Origin: an uncultured virus (IMG/VR IMGVR_UViG_3300027782_006468) | Taxonomy: Duplodnaviria > Heunggongvirae > Uroviricota > Caudoviricetes | IMG/VR virus record: IMGVR_UViG_3300027782_006468 | Location: 1 to 64,000 of that record | Length of the DNA: 64,000 nucleotides | Strand: one strand, 5' to 3' | Shown: one piece after another, positions 28,303 to 37,075 of the stretch | Layout of the letters: each line of letters starts with the position of its first letter | Position numbering within the stretch: the stretch's first letter is position 1 | The notes under the pieces: generated by a model | Seen by the model: the letters and a program-made list of their open reading frames with translations, nothing else | The model's database searches: none | What the model was told of the DNA's origin: nothing | Position numbers and translations under genes: made by a program

Positions 28303-31300
28303 ATGATAGATCCAAAACTGGTAGAAAATTGGAATATAATTTTCGCACTTGCCGACAAAGCTTGTGGGCATTTCGCAACATATGAAGCAATAGTCCTTGT
28401 GCCACGACCTTGTACCGGAGGGTCAAGTGCTTATTGGACTCTTGGTACTTCTTGTCCAGATGGTTGCACATCTTCTCCTCCTTCTGAATTGCCAACAAAT
28501 CCTCCATGCGATCCTAATTACCCTGATAATGGAACGGAAAATGACATAATCGGGTGCTGCGGAGGGATAGTTGAAGTCGAATGCACTGGAACCTGCTGTA
28601 ACTGTGGTGGAGTTCAATGCGAACCATCAGAGACATGCTGCGACAATGTTTGCGTGGACTTGCAAACGGATCATGACCATTGTGGCGGTTGCCCTATAGT
28701 TTGCGAACCTTCAGAAAGCTGCAAGAATGGTGTTTGCAAAGGCGCTTGTGCTTCGAGCAACTGCTCATGGACTTGGAGCGAAGGCTGTCAGGCTGATTGT
28801 GCTTATGTCCTCCTTGATGGTGTGTATGTGCAGAATCAATTTTGCACAGAAGGATCAAATTGCATTTGTCCTGCCGCTCCTGCCGTAACCGAATCATCAC
28901 CACTTTATGTATACATTTCTTGTGTTGGAAATCCAAGACCATCGGGTGTTTGGTCACAGACTTCGACATGCCCACAGGGATGCACCTGTCCAGAAGAAGC
29001 ACCAACGACAAATGGAACGACAAATGGTCAAGTTATAACCCATGAATGCGTCAGTTGCTCCCCTCCATGCGGAGAAGGACAAGACTGCTGCGGTGGCGAA
29101 TGCAAAAACATATATGAAGACAGCAATAATTGTGATGGTTGCGGAAATGTTTGCCCTGAAGCAACACCAACTTGCTGCAATGGCGAGTGCTGTGTGTCAA
29201 ACAATTGTTGTTCGGTTGATGGAACAAATACTTGTATTGATGTTATGAATGATCCAAATCATTGTGGTGATTGCATAACATTTTGCAGCGGTCCAGAAAC
29301 TACAACGCCACAAAAGTGTTGCCATGGCGAATGCAAATTCACAGAAACAGATAATGAAAATTGCGGATCTTGTGACTTTCCTTGTCCTGTCGGATACACA
29401 TGCTGTTTTGGTGTATGCAAAGAACTATATGGTGATGATCGCTTGAACTGTGGCGATTGTGGTAAAACTTGCCCTGTCGGAGAGTTTTGTAAAGATGGCA
29501 ATTGCGTAGACCCTTGTACGCTGGAGGAATGCTCATACACATGGGATGCACAAACATGCACATTCATGTACAATAACCCAAATGGGTATAAAATATGTTC
29601 TGGAACTGCGGTCATGAAATGGGTTCCAACTGGACCTCCTAGCGACCCTGATTCAATAACTGGTACATGTCCGGGTCGTTGGGATACAGTAGTTCCATGC
29701 GAATATTCAGATAACTGCGGTTGTATAAATGGGTATGGGTTTGAACAAACTATTGGACCATGCTGGGAATATACACAAGAATGCTATTGTGGTCAGAGAA
29801 ATGATGTAATCACTCCATGTGGCGCAATTTTCCCTGTTCTAGATCCAGTTATAGGTTGGGCAGGAGGAACATGGGAACAGTTAACCGACTGCGATGGTTG
29901 TCCAAAACCAGTAGATCCTCCTGCAATACCAGCCTGTATGGGACAAACTTACAGTTTCAACTGTGCAGGATCTTGGATCTACAGACCATGCCCAAGCTGC
30001 GTATGCCCAATAAACGAGCCACTTCGAGAAGGAACACCAAATGAAAAAGTTTCTTCTCCCTGTAAAAACTGTGATCCAGCTTGTGGTGCCAATCAAAAGT
30101 GTTGCAATCATGTTTGTAAAAACATACTTACAGATGTTCGTAATTGCGGAGATTGCGGAAGAGATTGCGGATCTGCTGCGGGAACCGCTTGCTGTAGGGG
30201 AACATGCGTAAACACACTTACAGAAGAACTTTACTGCGGAGGTTGCAATACCGTTTGTGCATGGTCAGAAACTTGTTGCAATGGTTTTTGCAAAGATACT
30301 CACACAGACCCTGCTAACTGTGGTAGTTGCGGACATCCTTGTGCTGCTGGCGAAGTTTGCTGTAATAGTTTTTGCGTAAACACAAATACCGACAGAAATA
30401 ACTGTGGAAGTTGCCCATTTGTATGTCCCAACGCAGATAAGTGCATTGACGGAAGATGCGTTCCATGCGACCCCCCATGTCTAGAAGCTGGAACCGCTTG
30501 CTGCAACAATTCATGCATCGACATATTGTCTGACGAGAACAACTGCGGTGGTTGCAACATACCCTGTGCTGGCAAATGCTGCAATGGGTCTTGCGTATTA
30601 GATTTGAACACCATGTACAACTGTGGTGATTGCGGAATAGCGTGTCCGCAAATGATCAACCAGATCAATCTGTGGCAGTGCTGCAATGGTCAGTGCAAGA
30701 ATCTAAAAACTGATCCAGAAAACTGCGGTTTTTGCGGAAGAGTATGTCAAGAGCCTCCGGGTGACACATTTAAAGTTCCAAAATGTTTCTTGGGAAACTG
30801 TGCAGAACCAGAATGTGTATGTTTGGGAGGGGAAACCCCCGGACCTGACGATGTTGTTTTCGTATCCACATGCCTTGGGAACACGATAAGCTGTGAGGGG
30901 TCTTGTTATTTTGAGAATGTGGGCGGAAGTTGGGTTCTTCATGAAGAGCCGGGCGGAACTGGATTTTCTGGATCTTGCGGAAAAGAACCAGACTACACAT
31001 ATTGTGTTGATGACAAATATGCCTGTGTTGGAGATATATATTATTGCGTAAAACCCATAGAAGGACAAGATATGCCAACTTATTGTATACCAAAACCATC
31101 ATTTGACCCATTAGCACAAGCACTAATCGGATCGTATATCGGAGCAGAAAACTGTGCTGCTGGTTGCAGCGGGGATGGAAGCTGTCCAGACGGTTGTGCA
31201 AACGGATTGACCTGTTGTAATACGGAATGCGTGGACACGCAAACGGACAGTGCCAATTGCGGTGGTTGTGGTGGCGGTCCTTGTGCCTCTGATGAGACTT

Positions 31301-34300
31301 GCAAAGACGGAGCTTGCACGGGTTGCCCTTCTCCATGTGCCGAAGACGAATCGTGCTGCGAAGGAGGAACGACATGCTGCAAGGTCTGCTGTAATGATGG
31401 GTGTTGTGCGGATACCGATCATTGCGGAGAAGGTGGTGCATGCACTCCATGCGAATGTACCGCTGGACAAACCTGCTGCGGTCCTAATTGTTGCGATCCG
31501 GGAAAAGAATGCTGTGGTTCTGGAAGTAGTGCAACATGTTGCACCGGAGATCAATACTGCGATGGAACTGGACACTGCGCATCATGCAACCCAGTATGCT
31601 ACCCGAACGAAACATGCTGCGGTGCGTCTGGATGTATAGCAAACAAGTGTGGCGACTGTCCTAATTCGTGTCCAGAAGGAATAGTTTGCTGCGGTCTTCC
31701 TCACCACGAGGTGTGTTGCGGCGAAGGTCAAACTTGTGTCGATAATAAATGTTACGGATGTACGCCTCCTTGTTCGGAAAGTCAAGATTGCTGCGATGAG
31801 GTGTGTACCGAACTTGGAACCGACACAGATTGTACTGGTTGCGGTGCAGCTTGCGGAGAAGGAACAAAATGTTGCGGTGGCTCATGCATAGATGTGATGG
31901 ATGATGTGAACAATTGTGGTGGTTGCGGTGTCGTGTGCGAGGAAGATGGTGCAACTCCTCTTTGCTGCGATGGAACTCCGACAGCAAATGGAACGAATGA
32001 AAATTGCTTGAGTTGCGGAGACACAGCCGATCCAGACAATGCGACAAACCCTACATCATGCTGTCCTAAAGCAGTTGTTGTTGCTGGCGCTCCAGACACC
32101 TCGACTTTCTTTGTTACCGCTACAAACAGTGACGACAAGAATTGCGGTGGTTGCGGAAATGTTGCTGACACATCGCCACAAGTGCAAGAAAAATGCTGTG
32201 CGGGTGAAATCGTTAGCCTTTTGACTGATCCAGACAACTGTGGAGGGTGTGGCGTTAGGGTTGTTGATCCTATGAGTTGCTGTCCAAGTTGGGGTCCGCC
32301 AAATCAGTTTGGCGATCTACCAACACCAACCTCTGGTCCAGTAAACACACAAACAGACAACGACCATTGCGGCGGTTGCAACATCCCATGCAATCCAATA
32401 GAAACTGGTGATGACTGCCCACCTCCCGGCGCTCCACCAACGACAAAATGCAAGGATGGCACATGTGTGCCATGCGGAACATGCAAGCTTCCGACAGAAC
32501 AACAACAAGCACAATTGTTGGGATCTCAACCAACTGTATGGGGGTCACACACGACCATACCATGCACCTATGACGGATGTCCTATGCCGGTAACCGATCC
32601 GCCAACTCCTGCCCCTCCGGGGAAAACATGCTTCGGTGGCTGTGACTACAAAGCGGTAGGAAATGTTGGAAACCTGTCATGGGAACTGGTTGGTTGCGAA
32701 TGCTACGACTCTTGCACACTTCCAGAATGCAACGCCTCAAATCCACATGCCACTCCATGTCCAAGTGTTGGAACCTGTTCTGGAGAAGGACCTTGCGGCG
32801 GATGCCTTTATGACGACTATGACCATCCTTCTGCATACAAATGCTTCGCGCCATGGGGTCATGATACTGTTAGCTGCGGGAGTCTCTATAACTATAGTAG
32901 TACATTTGGCTATTGCTGTACGAAAGACGCAAATCATCCAAATGGCGGAGTTCTATGTCTTAGTGGCAGTTGTTCAGGTGCTGCGGGAGACTGCGAACCT
33001 TGCGGCGGATCATGTGCCGCAGGACTTACATGTTGCGGGGTTTTTCCGAATGATGTGTGTTTGAACCTGAAAACGGATGAAAGTCATTGCGGATCATGTA
33101 CGAATGTTTGTGCCGCAGGAGAGACATGCTGTAATAGCTCATGTAAAAATACCAACACAGACAATAACAATTGTGGCGGTTGCGGTATAAAATGCAGTGG
33201 AGTTTCGGAATGTTGCAATGGCAGCTGCAAAGTTCTAAACACTCCAACTAATTGTGGTGCTTGCGGAATAGTATGTACTGTCCTTGAACCACTCTGTTGC
33301 AACAATAACTGCACACCGTCTGATGAATTCAACTGCGGAGGGTGCGGAAGAACATGTGATGCTGGTGAAAAATGTTGTGATGGTGAATGCACAGAGGTGA
33401 TGGGCGATGACGAATCTAACTGCGGTGATTGTGGCTTTACTTGTGCTTCTAGTGGAACTTGCTGCTCTGGCGAATGTATCGAAAACCAATGCGGAACATG
33501 TCCTACTGCATGTACCGAAGGTCAGGGATGTTGTGGTACGCCTCCAAATCTAACTTGCACCGATCTTGGAACAGACGAAAACTGTATCAGTTGTGGCAAT
33601 GCTTGCGCTGCAGGAACGAAATGTTGCTTTGATGGAGTTGAAAACTTATGCATATCAGTAATGGGTGCTGATAAAAATAACTGTGGCGATTGTAACATAA
33701 TTTGTGAAAATAATGAACGATGTGAAGACGGTGTATGCATAAATTTAAGTGAAGGGTGTGATCCGGAATGTGTTGAGGGAGAAGAATGTTGCGAAGGAAC
33801 TGCCTGTTGTAGTCTGCCAGAATTTCAATGTTGCTCTGGCTCATGTACTGCCGTTTTCTCTTTCCAAACAGATAGTTCCAACTGCGGAAGTTGTGGAAAC
33901 GCTTGTGCTGCTGGCGAGCAATGTTGCAATGGCGATTGTATTGCCACTAGCTCTTTCCAAACAGATGAATCTAATTGCGGAACTTGTGGTAACGCTTGTT
34001 CCGGAAGCCAAACTTGTTGCTCTGGCTCATGTATCGCCACTAGCTCTCTCCAAACAGATGAAGCAAACTGCGGAACTTGCGGAAACGCTTGTGGTGCTGG
34101 TGAAACATGTTGCTCTGGTGTTTGTAAAGCACTTCAAACAGATGAAGCTAATTGCGGAACTTGCGGAAACGCTTGTGGTGCTGGTCAAGAATGTTGTAGT
34201 GGTGTTTGCAAAGCCGTACAAACTGATAGTTCCAACTGCGGAACTTGCGGAAACGCTTGTTCCGGAAGCCAAACATGTTGCTCTGGATCATGTATCGCCA

Positions 34301-36267
34301 CTAGCTCTCTCCAAACAGATGAAGCAAACTGCGGAACTTGCGGAAACACTTGTTCCGGAAGCCAAACATGTTGCTCTGGATCATGTATCGCCACTAGCTC
34401 TCTCCAAACAGATGAAGCAAACTGCGGAACTTGCGGAAACGCTTGTGCTGCTGGTGAACTATGTTGTTCTGGTGTTTGCAAAGCCGTACAAACAGATGAA
34501 GCTAATTGCGGAACTTGCGGAAACGCTTGTGCTGCTGGCGAACTATGTTGTTCTGGTGTTTGCAAAGCCGTACAAACAGATGAAGCTAATTGCGGAACTT
34601 GCGGAAACGCTTGTTCCGGAAGCCAAACTTGCTGCTCTGGATCATGTATCGCCACTATCTCTCTCCAAACAGATGAAGCAAACTGCGGAACTTGCGGAAA
34701 CACTTGTTCCGGAAGCCAAACATGTTGCTCTGGCTCATGTATCGCCACTAGCTCTCTCCAAACAGATGAAGCAAACTGCGGAACTTGTGGTAACGCCTGT
34801 AGTGCTGGCGAACTATGTTGTGGTGGTGTTTGTAAAATCGTACAAATAGATGAAGCTAACTGCGGAACTTGTGGTAACACTTGTGGTCTTGGTCAAGAAT
34901 GTTGTAGTGGTGTTTGTAAATCATTACAAACAGATGAATTTAATTGCGGAACTTGCGGAAACACTTGTGGTGCTGGCGAACTATGTTGTTCTGGTGTTTG
35001 CAAAACCGTACAAACAGATGTAATAAACTGCGGAACTTGTGGTAACACTTGTGGTCTTGGTCAAGAATGTTGTAGTGGTGTTTGCACAGTATTTCAAATA
35101 GATGAAGACAATTGCGGAAGTTGTGGAAACGCTTGTGCTGCTGGAGAAACTTGTTGTAATAGCGTTTGCACAGTATTACAAACAGATGAAGGTAATTGCG
35201 GAATTTGCGGAAACATGTGTGGTGCTGGTCAAGAATGTTGCTCTGGTGTTTGTAAATCAGTACAAACAGATGAAGCTAATTGCGGAACTTGTGGAACTGT
35301 ATGTGGTGCTGGTCAAGAATGTTGCTCTGGTGTTTGCAAATCAATACAAACAGATGAAGAAAATTGTGGAACATGTGGAACTGCATGTGCTTCTGGCTAC
35401 ACATGTTGCTCTGGTGTTTGTAGAAACACAGCAACCGATCTCAGCAATTGTGGAACATGCGGAAGCTCTTGTAGCGGAACATGTTGCAACGGCTTTTGCA
35501 AAGCGACATATGAGGATGAATTAAATTGTGGTGATTGCGGAATAGAATGTGCTGTTGGCGAAACATGTTGCTATAGCATCCTTTTGAACACTGGAGTTTG
35601 CAAAGCCGTACTAACAGATGAAGCTAATTGTGGAACTTGTGGAAACACTTGTGCTGCTGGTTACACATGTTGCTCTGGTGTCTGCAAAGCACTTCAAACA
35701 GATGAAGCTAATTGCGGAACTTGCGGAAGTGTATGTTCTGCTGGCTACACATGTTGTGATGGTGTCTGCAAAGCACTTCAAACAGATGAAGCAAACTGTG
35801 GAACTTGCGGAAACGCTTGTGCTGCTGGAGAAACTTGTTGCTCTGGTGTTTGTGCAAATACAGAAACAAGTTCATCTAATTGTGGATCTTGCGGACACGC
35901 TTGTGCTGCTGGAGAAACTTGCGAAGAAGGAATTTGCTCTCTGCCTCCACTAACAATAAAATTAGTTTTCCGTGCTTTCGCATGTGCAAGTAATTTTTCA
36001 AATCTTTCAAGTGAGCTTTCTGCTGGATCTAGAAGTGTTAGCTTCACAATCACTGTCAGTGGAACTACTTTTGCCAGTGGTTCTGTTTCAAACATTGGAC
36101 CCGGAGGAGTTGCAGCAACCTTAGCATCAATTACGATTCCAACAGGAACATCATTTAATATAAATATAAGTGGATATGCTGGATCTGCAATTATTGGTAG
36201 TACTAGAGCATCTGGTCAACTGACTTATACTGGTGCTGTTAAAACTGCAGATAATAATGCATGTTAA
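28303..36267 (+). CDS. giant cysteine-rich protein (2654 aa) with STIG1-like CCxGxC..TDxxNCGxCGxxC repeats
   Basis: Single uninterrupted ORF; dozens of repeats; GGAG RBS; Cys-poor beta-rich C-terminal domain. Confidence 0.9.
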   Translation: MIDPKLVENWNIIFALADKACGHFATYEAIVLVPRPCTGGSSAYWTLGTSCPDGCTSSPPSELPTNPPCDPNYPDNGTENDIIGCCGGIVEVECTGTCCNCGGVQCEPSETCCDNVCVDLQTDHDHCGGCPIVCEPSESCKNGVCKGACASSNCSWTWSEGCQADCAYVLLDGVYVQNQFCTEGSNCICPAAPAVTESSPLYVYISCVGNPRPSGVWSQTSTCPQGCTCPEEAPTTNGTTNGQVITHECVSCSPPCGEGQDCCGGECKNIYEDSNNCDGCGNVCPEATPTCCNGECCVSNNCCSVDGTNTCIDVMNDPNHCGDCITFCSGPETTTPQKCCHGECKFTETDNENCGSCDFPCPVGYTCCFGVCKELYGDDRLNCGDCGKTCPVGEFCKDGNCVDPCTLEECSYTWDAQTCTFMYNNPNGYKICSGTAVMKWVPTGPPSDPDSITGTCPGRWDTVVPCEYSDNCGCINGYGFEQTIGPCWEYTQECYCGQRNDVITPCGAIFPVLDPVIGWAGGTWEQLTDCDGCPKPVDPPAIPACMGQTYSFNCAGSWIYRPCPSCVCPINEPLREGTPNEKVSSPCKNCDPACGANQKCCNHVCKNILTDVRNCGDCGRDCGSAAGTACCRGTCVNTLTEELYCGGCNTVCAWSETCCNGFCKDTHTDPANCGSCGHPCAAGEVCCNSFCVNTNTDRNNCGSCPFVCPNADKCIDGRCVPCDPPCLEAGTACCNNSCIDILSDENNCGGCNIPCAGKCCNGSCVLDLNTMYNCGDCGIACPQMINQINLWQCCNGQCKNLKTDPENCGFCGRVCQEPPGDTFKVPKCFLGNCAEPECVCLGGETPGPDDVVFVSTCLGNTISCEGSCYFENVGGSWVLHEEPGGTGFSGSCGKEPDYTYCVDDKYACVGDIYYCVKPIEGQDMPTYCIPKPSFDPLAQALIGSYIGAENCAAGCSGDGSCPDGCANGLTCCNTECVDTQTDSANCGGCGGGPCASDETCKDGACTGCPSPCAEDESCCEGGTTCCKVCCNDGCCADTDHCGEGGACTPCECTAGQTCCGPNCCDPGKECCGSGSSATCCTGDQYCDGTGHCASCNPVCYPNETCCGASGCIANKCGDCPNSCPEGIVCCGLPHHEVCCGEGQTCVDNKCYGCTPPCSESQDCCDEVCTELGTDTDCTGCGAACGEGTKCCGGSCIDVMDDVNNCGGCGVVCEEDGATPLCCDGTPTANGTNENCLSCGDTADPDNATNPTSCCPKAVVVAGAPDTSTFFVTATNSDDKNCGGCGNVADTSPQVQEKCCAGEIVSLLTDPDNCGGCGVRVVDPMSCCPSWGPPNQFGDLPTPTSGPVNTQTDNDHCGGCNIPCNPIETGDDCPPPGAPPTTKCKDGTCVPCGTCKLPTEQQQAQLLGSQPTVWGSHTTIPCTYDGCPMPVTDPPTPAPPGKTCFGGCDYKAVGNVGNLSWELVGCECYDSCTLPECNASNPHATPCPSVGTCSGEGPCGGCLYDDYDHPSAYKCFAPWGHDTVSCGSLYNYSSTFGYCCTKDANHPNGGVLCLSGSCSGAAGDCEPCGGSCAAGLTCCGVFPNDVCLNLKTDESHCGSCTNVCAAGETCCNSSCKNTNTDNNNCGGCGIKCSGVSECCNGSCKVLNTPTNCGACGIVCTVLEPLCCNNNCTPSDEFNCGGCGRTCDAGEKCCDGECTEVMGDDESNCGDCGFTCASSGTCCSGECIENQCGTCPTACTEGQGCCGTPPNLTCTDLGTDENCISCGNACAAGTKCCFDGVENLCISVMGADKNNCGDCNIICENNERCEDGVCINLSEGCDPECVEGEECCEGTACCSLPEFQCCSGSCTAVFSFQTDSSNCGSCGNACAAGEQCCNGDCIATSSFQTDESNCGTCGNACSGSQTCCSGSCIATSSLQTDEANCGTCGNACGAGETCCSGVCKALQTDEANCGTCGNACGAGQECCSGVCKAVQTDSSNCGTCGNACSGSQTCCSGSCIATSSLQTDEANCGTCGNTCSGSQTCCSGSCIATSSLQTDEANCGTCGNACAAGELCCSGVCKAVQTDEANCGTCGNACAAGELCCSGVCKAVQTDEANCGTCGNACSGSQTCCSGSCIATISLQTDEANCGTCGNTCSGSQTCCSGSCIATSSLQTDEANCGTCGNACSAGELCCGGVCKIVQIDEANCGTCGNTCGLGQECCSGVCKSLQTDEFNCGTCGNTCGAGELCCSGVCKTVQTDVINCGTCGNTCGLGQECCSGVCTVFQIDEDNCGSCGNACAAGETCCNSVCTVLQTDEGNCGICGNMCGAGQECCSGVCKSVQTDEANCGTCGTVCGAGQECCSGVCKSIQTDEENCGTCGTACASGYTCCSGVCRNTATDLSNCGTCGSSCSGTCCNGFCKATYEDELNCGDCGIECAVGETCCYSILLNTGVCKAVLTDEANCGTCGNTCAAGYTCCSGVCKALQTDEANCGTCGSVCSAGYTCCDGVCKALQTDEANCGTCGNACAAGETCCSGVCANTETSSSNCGSCGHACAAGETCEEGICSLPPLTIKLVFRAFACASNFSNLSSELSAGSRSVSFTITVSGTTFASGSVSNIGPGGVAATLASITIPTGTSFNINISGYAGSAIIGSTRASGQLTYTGAVKTADNNAC
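33865..35930 (+). repeat. tandem array of 84-nt (28 aa) and 93-nt (31 aa) coding repeats
   Basis: Near-identical CAAACAGATGAAGC(A/T)AA(C/T)TGCGGAACTTG(C/T)GGAAAC units. Confidence 0.95.
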
Positions 36268-36301
36268 AAAAACAGGCTTGAAAATCAAGCCTGTTTTTTT
36301 T
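36266..36301. terminator. bidirectional intrinsic terminator
   Basis: AAAAAAACAGGCTTGA-AAA-TCAAGCCTGTTTTTTTT between convergent genes. Confidence 0.9.
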
Positions 36302-36320
36302 CTTTAATTTATAATTTTTT

Positions 36321-36623
36321 CTATTCTTTGTAGGCTACCCATCGGTTACGAACAAATAAAAGATTTGCAAAAAACCCGCAAAAGGCAGAAATGAGATTTC
36401 CCGCAAACGGAACATATAGTTCGCCTACTGGATTAAGCACGAATGAAATTCCCAATGAAAACCAAAAACTGCTGCATTCATGGCAGAGCATTGGAACATT
36501 AACATACGGTATCTTGGCTACCAAGTTTCTAAAAGGTCGTGCAACATCGGTATCAGACCAAGCGTAAGCGACACCAAGACATGTGACCAAATAAATCAAA
36601 AACATCATAGGAAATATACCCAC
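36321..36623 (-). CDS. small membrane protein with CxxC (DUF1360-like)
   Basis: Three hydrophobic segments; PFRNLV...LCHECSSFW. Confidence 0.55.
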   Translation of the reverse strand: MGIFPMMFLIYLVTCLGVAYAWSDTDVARPFRNLVAKIPYVNVPMLCHECSSFWFSLGISFVLNPVGELYVPFAGNLISAFCGFFANLLFVRNRWVAYKE

Positions 36624-37024
36624 ATATAGTCAAATTCTCGAACAACAGAGAAACTTCTGAATGTTTTTCCAACAATAGTCTTGTTGAAATTAGCCCAAGC
36701 TTCATCACCAAGCTGAACCTTGAATACTTTGCCACCAATAGCATTGTTTACTCTTTTTAGCCTAATAGCTTCGAGTTCTTTGACTATCGCAGCCTTGTCC
36801 TTGTAATACTTTTCCAAGATATTCGGATCAGTAGTCACTTTATCTGAAAAGAACTTGCCAACCTTACCTCTGCATGAGCAGTTTGGGTTGGTCTTTAATG
36901 TTGTTAGGTCGGCAAGAATATCTGGAAATTCCGCCTTTAGTTCAGCGAATGAACTTTCGTCCTTGATGATCATATAGATGAGATCTGGCATCGTGCCAAG
37001 ATCTACAGTGATTGTAGTTTCCAT
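36605..37024 (-). CDS. hypothetical protein with NPNCSCR motif
   Basis: 139-aa ORF overlapping the membrane-protein gene. Confidence 0.7.
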   Translation of the reverse strand: METTITVDLGTMPDLIYMIIKDESSFAELKAEFPDILADLTTLKTNPNCSCRGKVGKFFSDKVTTDPNILEKYYKDKAAIVKELEAIRLKRVNNAIGGKVFKVQLGDEAWANFNKTIVGKTFRSFSVVREFDYMWVYFL

Positions 37025-37075
37025 AAAATTAATATAGTTTTATTGTTTTATTTTTTTGATTTTTAAAAATATTTT

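Noticed and set aside
33865..35930. CRISPR array or diversity-generating retroelement
   Set aside because: Repeats are in-frame coding units without unique spacers; no cas or reverse transcriptase gene in the window
28423..36095. Many overlapping ORFs (e.g. 33749-34849 +, 34185-34880 -) within the giant gene
   Set aside because: By-products of repetitive, stop-poor Cys/Gly codons; no RBS or independent motifs
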